Below, in pieces: positions 1 to 12,593 of a stretch of DNA of 64,000 nt. Below the pieces are notes generated by a model. The model made no database searches. It had not been told where the DNA came from and saw only the letters and a program-made list of their open reading frames with translations. Position 1 is the stretch's first letter. Every line of letters begins with the position of its first letter. Location: the NCBI GenBank assembly GCA_017654855.1, contig CM030337.1:1364001-1428000 (forward strand), in the 5' to 3' direction. The stretch comes from Podospora anserina (lineage: Eukaryota). Position numbers and translations under genes: made by a program.

Positions 1-256
1 TGCTGGGACAATGTATGGTGGTTGCCATGCCATGGGCGTTATAATCTAGGGATGGACGACGGGCAAGATAAAAAGATGGGATGGGCGCGCAGTTATCGGA
101 GGGGTTGGTTTTTTGTTTTGTTACTTACTGTCGTCCACGCTCATTATATCCCACGGCTTGAGACACACTACTTGCAAACACATCAAGACCAACATCTTTC
201 AGGCAAGATACATTATCTACACTCACCACCACAACCACGTTATCATTATCGTCAAG

Positions 257-620
257 ATGCAGCTCCTCGCCCTTGTTCTCTTCGTCACGGCCACCTTGGC
301 CGCCGCCAGCACAGAGCAACAGCCCTTCCGCAGACAGGTCGGCTCCAACTCGACGCTTGTTGTCGTGCAAGCGGCTGAGACTGGTGTATGTTTTCGCCTT
401 CATTTCCCTCCTCTTACTCCACTGACACTGACATATCATCCTCCAGGCCTTCCGCGCAGGCGCCCCCCTCCCAACAGACGGCCTCGGCGCCGGCCGCTTC
501 GCAGGTGACAGCGGATCTGGCTTCTTCGAGGTCTCGGGCGCGCCCAGCTCAACATTCACCGCAATTGGAGGGTTGCTGGGCGTGGTTAGTGCTGTGGTAG
601 GCGGTGTTATGCTGCTCTAA
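257..620 (+). CDS. Small secreted, probably GPI-anchored protein (~100 aa; exons 257-385, 447-620)
   Basis: Signal peptide MQLLALVLFVTATLAAA; GTATGT...CTGAC...CAG intron 386-446; spliced frame ends in hydrophobic tail AIGGLLGVVSAVVGGVMLL*. Confidence 0.7.
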
Positions 621-1968
621 ACCTACCCGATCAGCACATGTCACCACAACCTCCTATTTGGCACCGCTACTTGCCCTCCCTCTCCCAAAAAGTAGCTCGC
701 CTCTCCCTCCCCCTGACCCCTGACACATGACCATCATCACCATCCCCGCACATGGCCCATCCCAAATCTCATCTCCCCGTCGCCACGTGTCCCCGAGCAC
801 TCTCGGGCTTCCATTCTCCAAAACAATCAAAGCGAGCGAACACGAACGGACTTTGATCCGTTCCGTTCCCCCTTCTCTATCACGCGGGCGGGGGACGGAA
901 CGGAAACGGGCTCGGTACTTCGGCTTTAGCTCGTCATGGATTGATTGTGTGTGGCCTATTGTTTTGTCTGTTGTTCATTGCCGTTCTTTGTTGTACGGGT
1001 CCCGAATCCCCGGGTTTAGTCGCCGGTGAGGGAAGGGAGCGGGAACTTGCCATTGATTATTGTGTGACTCTTCGGGTATCTCCGAGGCTTGGTTTTTAGA
1101 GAAGGGGTTGTTTTATTTTTTTTTATTTTTTTTTATTTTTTATTTATTTTTTGTTTTTAGGTTTACTGTGGCTTCTGTTAGGGAGGAAAACAATCAGTGT
1201 CTGTCTGGGATTGGAGTTTGGGGCTTTCTAGGGGCACACATATTACTCTTGCTTTTTTTTCTTGGGAGGGAGGAGATTCATGTACTCTATTCGTTATTCA
1301 TGTAAGGAAGATACACAGGCTGGTTATGTGTTAAGAATTTGAGATTGGGTTGGAAAGAGCGTGTTCAAGGGGAGTGTTGTTACCAGTTCCGAGACGAGGG
1401 GCTATAGCCTCGCTGGCGCGTATCGACCATTGCTGGGTTCAAGCATAGGATGCCTTTCCGGAGACCCTCCCAAACCGGGGTCCATTCCTGACCATATCTT
1501 TGTCCCCTTCCACACCTTCCTCCCTTCACAGCCTTACCCTTATCACCATCACTATCACATGGCTCAGTCTCATCTCTCTCGTCACAATAGGTAGATGCAA
1601 AAGACAGAAAGATTCGCAATAGGGGTATCTACAACCAAAAATCTACATCAAACAGCAAACTCACAAACTTCCCAGTACATCCACCCCGTATCCTCCGTCC
1701 CCGTTCCAAACCCCAATTCCGGTCCCGAAAAAACAGGCGTGGCTTGGCGGCCGGGAACTTCCCTACTATCTACAGACCCAAGTACCTCTACCCCCCCAAC
1801 CCAAACAAAGAAAGGCTTATCACCACCAACTCGCAGTCACTACACCCGCCCAGATCCAGCCCCAAGTTCTCATAACCCCGCGATAAGAACAATCAAATGA
1901 TGCGATCCCTCAGCCTACCTCCATACCAAAAGTCCCCTAACCAGCAACCCACCACCTACCACAGGAAG

Positions 1969-3323
1969 CTAAAGCACCTCCGGAACAAAAGGCCCCCTCA
2001 ACGTAGCGCTGCTCTGACTCCCCCTCTTCTCCTTATTCGCAATCTGCGAAGGGAGCAACTCGTCATAGGGGTTCATCTCGGGGTACTCCTGACCAACATC
2101 TGACCCAGCCCGACTCCTTGGCCCAGGGGTAGCACCATCAACAGACTTGACGCTCCCCTCCGAGCAAGCCCTCTGATGCCTCCCCCCCAGCGCCTGCCAG
2201 AGCGCATCCTGGGGTATCTCCTTCTTGTTCACGTCCGGTGTGCTATGCTGCGGCACCCTCAAGGGGTCAGGGACGAGGGTTCTATCCACCGGTTGGGTCG
2301 AGTGTTCGTTTCTCAGGGGGTGTCGCTGAAATCGTTGATCCCAGTAGTCTTGTCGTGACTCTTCGAAATAGGGCGTCTCTGGATAAGGAACGGTAGGCGT
2401 CGGACCGGAGAATTGGATCTGCACTGTTGGCTGCGGCGGTAGGGGGTTACATGTTTGAATGGTAGCTGGCTGGAAACTATGATACCCCATCGGAGGAGGG
2501 CTCTTAACCGACTGCGGCGGACTAGTCAAATTGCTCAGACTAGGCGACCAGAGCGGGCTCGTCTGCGCGCTGTAACAGGACGGAGATGACTGCGCGCTGT
2601 GCGTGGAGGATGACGCTGAACTGGGGCGGCTGTTTGGGGCGGAGGTGCTCATGTTTTGGCTGAAGCTCGGGGTGCGGATTGTGTTGTCGGTCGTGGAGAT
2701 CCGGTTTGCATTGCTTGGGGTACGGATTTGATTCCCGGGCTTGTTGCTGGCGATTTCGGCCTTAATTTTCAGCCTGTCAACGAGCGCGGCGTGGGATTTC
2801 TTGAGTGTCTTTTTCACGAAACCTGCCATGAAGACGTTGCACTTCATGTTGACGTCCTCGCGGATGTAGAGACCGATAGGGGGGAGGTTGAGGCCGAGTT
2901 CGGACGGTTGGGGAATTTCGCCTGGGAGGCTGCCGCCTACGGACCATTTATCGCGGATGGCTGGGGGGCCTGAGGTTAGTGATGGGTGTGATGTGGTGGA
3001 AAGAAAACAGACATACTCAGCCCTGCTGGCGCATAGCAGTGCGTCTGCACCCCGTCGGGCAGATCATGGAACGCGCATGTGTAAGTGACATCCCCCGTTA
3101 CAAGCCCGCCAGGTAAATACGAGATCTTATCTGTGAGAGAAAACCACTGGCAGTTGAGCTCATCTGGGCTTGCGTGAGGTGGGGGAGGAATAGGATGTCG
3201 CTCCTTGACCAGCGGGTTCAAATCGATCATCTCCTCATGGTCGTGGAGGAAGTTGACGACCACCTCCCGAGTGATGTTCGGCGGCAGCGGCGTAACCGTT
3301 GTAAACACTGTGCGTTTCGACAT
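1969..3323 (-). CDS. Conserved fungal protein with N-terminal DUF7053-like (START/SRPBCC-like) domain and disordered S/P-rich C-terminus; 1 intron (~2963-3015)
   Basis: MSKRTVFTTVTPLP...LHDHEEMIDLNPLV; GTATGT donor and CTAAC branch join APAGL-TIRDKWSVGG into the 1969..2847 frame. Confidence 0.7.
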
Positions 3324-3988
3324 CCTGGAGTCGTGGGTGGTAGATCTTTTGCGGAAAACAAACAACTCTATTTTTTCTGGTCAACAAAAGATATCTAGGT
3401 AGGGTAAGTATATAGGTAAGGTAAATGACGGGAGAGCGGCGGGGTGGTGAGTGTGTCCAGGGACACCACCAACAGAAGTGTCAAACGAAACGTCATGGCG
3501 GCTGTGTTCAGGTAGACAGAAAGTCCCTTCCAATCGGCTGTGGCGTTGCCGAACTTGGCCCTTTGTTGCTTTCTTTGTTTCTGACTTGCCTGCTGCTGGC
3601 TGGGCTGCTGCTGCTGCTGCGCTCCAACCTGAAAACGTGGTCGGCAGTGCAGCAGCCAACCACCTCGGAAATAGCGACCCTCCTTCTGCAGGCCCAGTGC
3701 CACCGTTACACCAACAGGGGTTCAGATGTGCTGTTGCTGAGTGGCGCAACCCCAGACTCGCCCGCCAAAGCTTATCTCAGCCGTTCCAACGAACCGCTGT
3801 TCGGTCCCAGATCATCGGATCATCAACACCCGGCTGTTGGCCACATGGACCCTCGGGAGCCAACATGTCATAGTGTGCGATTTCCCGCAAGACATACTGT
3901 ATTGGTGCAAATACATATATTCACCATCCCTCTAACCGGCCGACAAGCGCCATCATTACAAATCATATAAGTCGTAGGCTGAGCATCC

Positions 3989-6543
3989 TCAGATCTCCTT
4001 GCACCAGCGCGCCAAAACCGCATTGAGTTTTACCGCCGCCGGAATCTCCTCGAGTGCGACATCCAGCTTCCACATCTTGGAGTCCAGCCCGCTCAGACCA
4101 GCTGTTCCTCTCCCTCCCGAAGCCGCCGGCACAAGGAGACCGAGCGCAACTAGCCGCTCCCAGGCCATTCCTGCGATACCACGACCCCACACTCTTGTTC
4201 CGCCTCCAAGAACGAGAAGTCCCGAGCTTGCCGTCTGAGCTCGCTGCTTACTCATGAGCGACGAATACTCGTCGTAAGCCATCGCGAAGTTTACCGTATC
4301 CGTATGTGCTACAATGTCCAGGCGCGCCGCTGCGATTAAGAGTGAGAGGTCTAGATCTGATAGTGATTCCAGCATGTGCAGTTTCGAGTCCGGTGGGTCC
4401 AAAGAAACAGCGATGCTGGGTGCTGGTATCCGCGGGAAGGGAGATGTTGGTGTTAAACCCGCCAAAGGCATGACACACGTCGTCAAGAAAGCAGAGGTCG
4501 ACTTTGTGGTAGCAAAATATGACTCGAGGTGGTCTTTAAATCTCTGATCTTTGCTGTAGAGACGCTGCATTCGCCTGTTAGTACATGCGACTACATCCGC
4601 AAAGCTCATGGGAACTTACCTCGATCCGTTCGTTCCACCACTTCCAGAACTCTTCATGACCCTCCAGGGACTCATCAACACCCTCAGCTTCCATATCCTC
4701 CTCATCAATACTAAGTCCTTGCCTGCATACATCCCAGAATGCGGGAAGACTCTTTGGCAATGACAGATAGACATATCTGTGGCTGAATCGACTCTTGACT
4801 CTCTTCTCCAGACTCTCTACCACGTCGATCCTCGTCGTCAGACCAACAACCGCAATAGGCGCTTTCCGAGCCTGTGCAATATCAAACAGATTGTACAGAA
4901 GCGTTTGTCTGGCATGTGTGGCGAACAGATCGAACTCGTCTATCACAAATACAATCGACTTGGATGTGACGCCTTCGTGGGATTCGGCGATCTCCGAGGG
5001 ATGCGACAACAAAGCTAGCAGAGAAGCCATCGTGTCTGCGTAGTTGCTCGTCTGTATTTAATCAGCATTTCCTCGTGTTGTTTCGTATAAGGCAGTCCAA
5101 ACCTACCTTGTTAACAAGATCATCCTCCACAGCCATCTCCTTGCCCAACTGCCGCCAGATCTCCCTCAACGCCAGCTTATCATCAGTATGAATGAACCCA
5201 TTGAGCCTTACGACGTGAAACTCCTCCTTATGTTGCTTAGACACATCAGAGATAACCGACTCTATCAGCGTCGTCTTGCCACACCCCCGCGCACCAATGA
5301 CCAACATTGAGTTACCCTCACCAGCAACAATCGTCTGCTCCACCAGCTGAAACGTTTTCTCATACGCTTCGTTCTGCCCAAAAAGCTTGATCCGTCGCCT
5401 CCCAGAGCACCGATCAAGCAATACCCTTTGTGCCACACGCAAATGCTGTTCAAAATTGGGAATATCGGGCAGATCCTCAGCAACCTGCGCAACCGTCGCG
5501 GCTTTCATGTCTTGGAATGAAGCCCCCCTAACCTTTGCTGTATCGCCCACGCTCAGCATCCCTGCCGCTTTCTTCTCTGCACAGTCCTTGCAGAACCAGT
5601 CTCCCTTGGGAATCCTCGCAACGCCATAACACTTCTGATGAACAGCCATGTCGCAACTGTCACAAAACAGAATTTGGTTTCCACGTTTAGAGTCGGGTTT
5701 CGAGCAAACAGTGCAGACCTCATCATCTTCTTCCTCCTCGCTCTCTTCCTCCTCCGCCTCGTTTTCGTCCTCGGGCCCAACTTCGCCATCAAGTCCCAGC
5801 CCATGCTTTTCCCCTGTCTTCTTCGTCGGAGTACCCTCCTCATCTTCCTCACTTTCCTCCTCCTCATCATTTTTTCCCTTCGCAGCAAAAACAACATTCT
5901 TCTTTCCCCTCTTCCCATCCACTCCCTTTTCCTTTCTCGGCGTAAGTATCCCCTTTGGAACCGTGTGCATCCCACCACCCCGTAAGCTCGTCGCCGCTTT
6001 CCCTGAGAGCTTCTTTGTCGTGGTGACATCGTCCTCCTCCTGCTCCGCGACAGGTTCCGCCGCGACTGGCTTGTTAGGTGGCCGGCCTCGTTTTTTCTTC
6101 TCCGCTGGCGGTTCTTCCACATTCTCTTTATCATTTCGAGGAGCAGAAGTGACAGATTTTACCGTTGCCTTGCGCTTTGTGGCAGGAACAGTGGTGGTGG
6201 TGACTTCAGCAGAACTCAACTCATCCTCATCCGAAGCTGGAAAGTCGTAAATGTTACTCTTTTTCTTGACCGATGATTGCCGTGTTTTCTTGGTGGCGGT
6301 GAGAGGTTTGGGCTGGGGTTCTTCCGAGTCGGGAGCCTCATCGGAGTTGTTTGCTGCCGCAGGAGCAGGTGCCACGCGACGCCCACGGGGTTTTGCGCCG
6401 TTTGTTGCTGTTGCTGTTGATTCCTTCGATACTCGTACTCTTTTCGCGGCTGTTGTTGATGATAGTTCTGGCTCATCTTTGTTTTGGGAGCGTGCTCTTT
6501 TCTTGCCTGCTGCTGCGGCGGTAGTGGTGCCGCGGGGTGCCAT
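3989..6543 (-). CDS. ORC4: Origin recognition complex subunit 4 with N-terminal AT-hook and PHD finger; 2 introns (~5052-5107, ~4578-4619)
   Basis: Walker A GARGCGKT, RLNGFIHTDDKLAL, Walker B FVIDEFDLF, RQTLLYNLFD, LEKRVKSRFSHR; PHD CTVC...CDSC...HQKC...WFCKDC; KKRGRPP. Confidence 0.92.
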
Positions 6544-7377
6544 TGATGCTGAAAATGAGAGAGAAAAAAGAAAAATGTAGCTGCTATTCCAGCTTGATAT
6601 TACTATGAAGGAGAAAGAAAAATGACAACAATGAGAGTTGGAAAGGTGTCAGGTGAATGAGCTGCAGGTTTTCATGAGATGGGCTCAGTCAGACAGGGCT
6701 GCCAGTCGCGTCTCAACTCAGGTGCGAAGCGCGTTGGACTGTTAATTGTTCGCTTATAAGGATTTAAAGTGGGTGCTTCAGGGGCTGGAGGGTGATGCAA
6801 ATATCGATGGGAGCTTGGTCTGTGCAACCATTTCTGTATCATAATTATTGCTCTATTGAGGGTTGTCCAACGTCGATGCCTCACTTCACGAATGGGAATG
6901 GCCAATAAGTTGGGCAGACAATTGTAAGACGAGTGTTTGAGGCGTTCCTGCCTTGAATGTGGCTCCCCCATGCCTCCTTCCCAACGAAGCTCTTGCGCAA
7001 CATAGCTCTTTCCCGGCAACGCTCTAGCACTGCAGGGCTCCTGCCCAGAGTTCCAGTCCCTGCCACAATGCTCCTTCCATATGTCGTTCCTTCCTGCAGT
7101 CAGTTTTTTGACAGTGCAAAATCATCGCCCTTTTGCCCTTTTGCACATTACCTCTTTAACACATTTCCACATTATCACATACATTGCACCCTTTGCACTT
7201 GAGCCTTTTGCACATTACATTACCCCTGCAAATGAGTATCTTCGTCTGGCCATCTGTAAGTAGAGGATGGTTTCTCCATGAGTATTCTCAAGAAGCTCAC
7301 CCTCGACGTTGCAGGTTGCTTCTGGTCATTGCCGTGTGGCAAGAGACTCACCGAGACCGTAAACACCTATCACGAAG

Positions 7378-8177
7378 ATGAAGATCACCATTCTCAGCGT
7401 CACTGCTGGCGTTCTGGTCCTCTTCGGTGTATGTACCGCCAAGTAACCAGTCAGTTTGGACATCACTAACAACCAAATACAGACTACCCAGGCCTTCGAG
7501 GTCCCGGACGTCGTGCCCGCTGTCACCTTCAACATGCCCATCAACATCACTGACAAGAACAACGCCACCGTCCCTATCACTGGTACGATATACCCCCCGC
7601 AAGACTTTTCTCTACTATTCCCTACATCCTTTCAAGGTAGTGAACCACAAACGTTCTTGCTAACCACCACATCCACCAGGCACCATCCAGCAAGCTGTAG
7701 CCAAAATGGACACCGACTACCCCGGCTGGAAAGCCGCCTTCCAGGTCCCATGCCCCCCCCCACACGTGGCCCCTCCAAGAAGCCCAAAAAGATCGACTGC
7801 TGGCCCAAGGGAGAAGAGAAGACCGTCACCATCAACATCGAGGATGGCATCGCGTACCTCTCGGATATGCCCGGCCTCACCCAGAACGACACCGGCCAGT
7901 GCGGCCGCGTGAGCTGCTCGTACAACTCGGCCATTCTCTGGCGCAACACCGTAAGCTTTAACCCTCAACTCACCCCATCTTTGTTAATTTCTGGTTTCTG
8001 ACACGAGGCGAAAAAATACAGGATGTCAAGAAGAAGTACGTTCCGTGGCTGGACATTGCCGATTCTGCGTTTGATATCTGCCCTTGAGTGCAACTCCAAG
8101 GAGAGCCACGACTACGTCAGGGGCATGCCTACATGGATGGCAGGTGGACTACCATCGTTCGCAAGGAACAGTGCTGA
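7378..8177 (+). pseudogene. Frameshifted gene for a small Cys-containing secreted protein
   Basis: Signal peptide MKITILSVTAGVLVLF; GIAYL...CGRVSCSYNSAILW motif; coding-like segments switch frame near the C9 run (~7753) and twice in the last exon (~8080, ~8122). Confidence 0.55.
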
Positions 8178-8719
8178 TCGCCTGCCGGCGGTTACAATGG
8201 GGATTGGCACCCTGAAAAGAACGATAGGGTGGGTGGGCATTCCATTCTCGGCACTTGGGGGACTTGATTGCGAGGGTGTACTTGGTTGGCTTTGGCTGAT
8301 ACTGGGAGTATCTCGCGCCTTGGGTAGTGGCTGGTTGGGGATAATTACCAGGTACCTAGATAACAAAGGATTGGGATCTGACTTTTCTCACATGAACTAC
8401 TTTTTTGATTTGATCTTCTCCACCCGTGTATTTGTCAAGGGCGGGCAGACAACCGCGTCAAACCTGTTCCCGTTCAATGTTGATGAAAGCTATGAGTGAG
8501 CCATGCTTGCCACATTGCTCACTCCTGTGGGATGTATATAGTGATATAAGGATACGCCAAGGGATCACACAATGATTTAATGATTTCCAAAGCGTCATTT
8601 CATGATACCACCTCACAAGTCATGTTTCGTTGGCCTACTTCTTCCATGTTGACATACAAAAAGGGGGTGGGTGCCAAGACTTGTCGATGGAGTCAAGTGG
8701 AGTCCAAAAGTAGGCAAAA

Positions 8720-8838
8720 ACATACAACACCGAGGATTCCCCAGTGGTCACCCACCTGAGTACTAGTTCGGCACTCAACTGCTTATCTAGGGGAGAACGG
8801 ACGGGATCCCGAGCTTTCAGTTGGTTATGGTCGTATGT
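8720..8838 (-). rRNA. 5S rRNA gene (dispersed copy)
   Basis: Minus strand ACATACGACCATAACC...CTCGGGATCCCGTCCGTTCTCCCCTAGATAAG...GGTGTTGTATGT, 119 nt with complementary ends, followed by a T-run Pol III terminator. Confidence 0.95.
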
Positions 8839-9205
8839 GATAGTTCTGCACAGGGTCGGGGAATATGAGGTGGCTCTCAATGCCTGGCCAGGAGGGCTGT
8901 TGCTTTTGGTGTCAGTTCAAGGTTGTGACAGACAATCCATTACACCAAAGACTGGCTTTCAAGTGATAGTTAGATTCTCGACCGTGTATCCTGGAATCTT
9001 GACTGCTGGTTCTTCAGGACATCTGGATCCGAGGCCTGCTGGCAGCCGCCTTCTCACCTCTCTATACATGGAGTCCTCTGGTCATTTGTCATGATGGGCT
9101 TCATGCCCACCAGTGACTATACGAAAGGCGACCCCATTTGAGCCTCAGGGTAGAGACGTTGAAAGTATCTTCGTGATGTCATTACTCATACAACCACCCC
9201 GCTCT

Positions 9206-10621
9206 CTACAAGCTAGCAAACAACTCCCCAAACCTCTCCCTCGCCTCCTTAACACAATCATTCGCATAAATCATCTTCTGCACGTCCGGACTAGCCCACT
9301 TGTCAGGCACCGACCCTGACTTTCCGTTCTCCTTAAATGCCTTGTCCCTCTCCTCCTTCGCCTTGCCCTCTCCCAAATGCAATACCCGTCCAGAGTGAGT
9401 CGCCAGATCCACCAGCGCGGTACAGTGCGGCTTCCGCAACAACTCATACACCTTCAATGTCTTGGTAATTGTCTCCCCATCGTGAATCTTCTCCGCCGGA
9501 ATCTCGCTTACAACCTCGGCCAAGACCGCCCCGTCCTCAATGGCCATCGCCGCACCCTGACTGAGATGCGGAAGCGTGGCATGGCACGCGTCCCCAACAA
9601 GAGCAACCGACCCGTGAACCCAAGTAGGAAGAGGCTTGTGAATCCGCAGTTTCCACTCGCAGACTTCACCATCAGGTACGAGGTTAAGCATATCCTGCAC
9701 CAGCGGGCAGAAAGTCTCAAACACCGACAGCATCTGCGATTTTGAGCCCTTGGTGGTATACGTCGCCGACGTGGCCGAGGCAAAGTTGGTATCCGGGTGA
9801 GCAGTCGAGATGTTGTAAATGTTGTGGTTAGAGACAGGATACGCAATAATATGCCTCCTCTCACCCACCCACCTCACCACAGTGTTGCTATCCAGCAACT
9901 TGATGAGCTCCGGAAAAGGGGCAAGCTGTTCCCTTGTGAGCATGATTCTATACGCAGCCTGGCCGGTGTCCTCCTCTTCCGTCTGCGTCAAGTTGTGCGA
10001 CGCCCTGAGAAGGTGAGACCGGGTAAGGGATTTGATCCCATCCGCCGAAAGCAAAATATCGCATTCAACTATGAACTCCTCTTCCTGAGCACGGGACCTG
10101 AAAATCAACGTTGGCTTGGGGGAGAAGGACGTGATGTTGACAAGGGATGTGCCAAAGTGGAATTTGATCGCCGGTTCCTTCAAGCAGCCGTTATACAGAC
10201 TCCCCGCGAGGTTGGAGCGGTGACCGGTGAGATGAGGAAACCCATATTTCTCACGAATGTCAGGCATGGAGACGTGGGCGAGCTCTTCGTTTGTGCTGCC
10301 CTGTCTGATGCTGGTGGCTTGGACGTCGGTGGCTTCGGCTTCGATCTCGGGGGCTACTCCGAGGCGGTCGAGGACGCGCATGACGTTTGGTGGCATTTGG
10401 ATTCCCGCGCCGACGAAGCCGAGGTTGGAGGCAGTTTCGTAGACGGAGATGTTTTTGAAGCCCTTTTTGGCGAAGGCGAGGGCGGTGCCTAAGCCTCCCA
10501 TGCCTGAGAGGGTTGTTAGAGATCTGGGGGTGGGTCTGGGGGTTGTTTTGAGGGGGGACGTACCTGCGCCGATGACGACGATGCGCAGGTCATAGACGTC
10601 TGCGGCCGTGGAGTGAGGCAT
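9206..10621 (-). CDS. FAD-dependent monooxygenase (salicylate hydroxylase-like); short in-frame intron ~10505-10564
   Basis: VIGAG|MGGLG Rossmann motif split by a GTACGT...CAG intron; ADGIKS; LVGDACHATLPHLSQGAAMAIEDG. Confidence 0.9.
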   Translation of the reverse strand: MPHSTAADVYDLRIVVIGAGTSPLKTTPRPTPRSLTTLSGMGGLGTALAFAKKGFKNISVYETASNLGFVGAGIQMPPNVMRVLDRLGVAPEIEAEATDVQATSIRQGSTNEELAHVSMPDIREKYGFPHLTGHRSNLAGSLYNGCLKEPAIKFHFGTSLVNITSFSPKPTLIFRSRAQEEEFIVECDILLSADGIKSLTRSHLLRASHNLTQTEEEDTGQAAYRIMLTREQLAPFPELIKLLDSNTVVRWVGERRHIIAYPVSNHNIYNISTAHPDTNFASATSATYTTKGSKSQMLSVFETFCPLVQDMLNLVPDGEVCEWKLRIHKPLPTWVHGSVALVGDACHATLPHLSQGAAMAIEDGAVLAEVVSEIPAEKIHDGETITKTLKVYELLRKPHCTALVDLATHSGRVLHLGEGKAKEERDKAFKENGKSGSVPDKWASPDVQKMIYANDCVKEARERFGELFASL

Positions 10622-12593
10622 CTTGATGTTGTTTTGGTGACAATGCTATTCAGGGGTAGGTATCTTTGGACTGAAATAGGGGGCAGGTGTTTAGCGATTT
10701 GTCCAAGAGGTGATGTTGTGGGATGTCACTGTGTCAAGAGCTGAAGCAGTCAACAAGAACGACGAGAAAATAAATGATATTCAACGGATATATAGCTTTC
10801 TACACGACCCGTGGGTCCATGCCTCGGCAGCTGGTCTGGTGGGCAATATCCATCACAGATTGGTGTGGACATTCGCGCTGTTGGATCAACAGCGGAACGG
10901 CAGTGGGGATGGCAAATGCATGTATATTTCTTACTCGCAGAATCACGGCATTCCGAACTCTTGAACTAAGCTTCTCTACCAGCTGCCAAAGGGTTCAGTC
11001 CAGATCGGAAGTGTGGGGTGAGTGAACTGCGGGCGTGCGGATGCGGGGAAAACTTGTCTCCAGCCGGCTGCGGGAGAAATCTGGATCGGGTCGTGGATCT
11101 TCCCCGGAGAAGCTGAGGAAAATGGATTTGCCGGAGTCGCGGTTGAGACTTCGGAATTGCAGCGTGGAAACACAACCAGGCCGGTCCTGCCGGTTGCCTC
11201 TGGGATCCTGAGGTGCAGACTAAGGCTTTGACCTGGGCCACCAGCTGGCCGCCCAAAGTGAGTGTTATAGCTACCGTAAATCCGTCGGCAATCTGCAGAG
11301 ATAAAGTTAGAATGAAATGGAGAGAAGTCTCTGTTAAATTTGCAATGGCTACTAGACTGGTCTTCCACACATATCGACAATATGGTAGAAATATATCGAC
11401 GTGGAAATCGGAGCTTTTAAAACCCCCGCATTTTGTGCTCTAGTGCATGTGCCACAGCTTATCCCCCGCATTCCAGCGGCCAGCCATCGCCGTCATCGGC
11501 CTTGTCAGCGAATTTGATGAGAACGTTATCTGATGGAAGTGGGCTTACTGGGATGGTAGGTAACAATAGGGAGCACTTCTCTGCCAGTACATATATATAC
11601 CAAACCAGGTAGCCGGGACTGCGGAGGTTGAGATGCCGCGAATGCATAAAGCACTACATCATCGCCCGTAATCGTATTTATGCCATGTTTTCATTTGAGG
11701 TTATGCTGGCCATTGTGCTGCCCGAGACGGGCCTTCCCCACCAAAGGCAGGCGTGTGTGGGTCTTTTCAGATGAATGACGACGGGCCGCCCAACCACGCG
11801 GGAAGGGAAATGCTTGAAACATGTTTCACGGGAAGAGAGAGGGACGATTTCCTGGGACAAAGCAATCAGTAGCTAAAAACAGATGGAGTCACTATAGCAG
11901 CGATAGCTTAGCAGATCTGCTGGCAGATTTCAACAAAGGGAAAAGGTGAAGCGCGCGTCTATCTCTTGTGTCACTTGCCCCATCGAACAACGATTCGAGG
12001 GCGCGCGCCACAGGCACAATCATGGTTGCTCTCCAGGAACAGAGTGGCACAGTTGCAGCAAAGAGTGGGAAGCGATCAACTGGACAGCAGCAGCCGCCGA
12101 CGTCACTTGCAGTTCCTGAGACGCAGCCAATCACACCCCTGTATTGGCCAAAATGCTCGAAGCGACCCAGCTGGCTAGCAGGGTTCCCATGGGGTTTCAA
12201 GCCGCCGTTGGGGGCCTCAAAAAGCTTCCAGGGCATCATTTCAACTCTGGAGCTCCTCTTATCTCAACATATCCATGAGTGCTGGCCGGCACGAGATCGA
12301 CAAGAGCACCAAGCCGGGTCGACGGCCGTCCAGTTCCACCTAGTCATACCTCCGTACTTGTACACCGCAGTTCTGCTTTGGTTTTTATTATTGCTCAATC
12401 CTCGTCCTACTCAGCAAACACCTCCACCGCTCCCGTCTACAACGCGCCTTGACGGGAACTCTTAACACCACGCCGTGACAACCCCTTTTATGCATGGACT
12501 ACGATAGTTGACCATCGCTCTCGCCGCGGCAGGTTCACGCTGCGGAGCTTCCACGATAACAATACGATCCATACATTCTTCTAGCCGCTCAAC

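Noticed and set aside
1105..1165. T-rich run read as a hydrophobic ORF
   Set aside because: Low-complexity (TTTTA)n tract.
10700..12500. Many overlapping short ORFs, plus antisense ORFs shadowing real genes elsewhere
   Set aside because: Intergenic or promoter DNA and GC-rich shadow frames without motifs or splice support.
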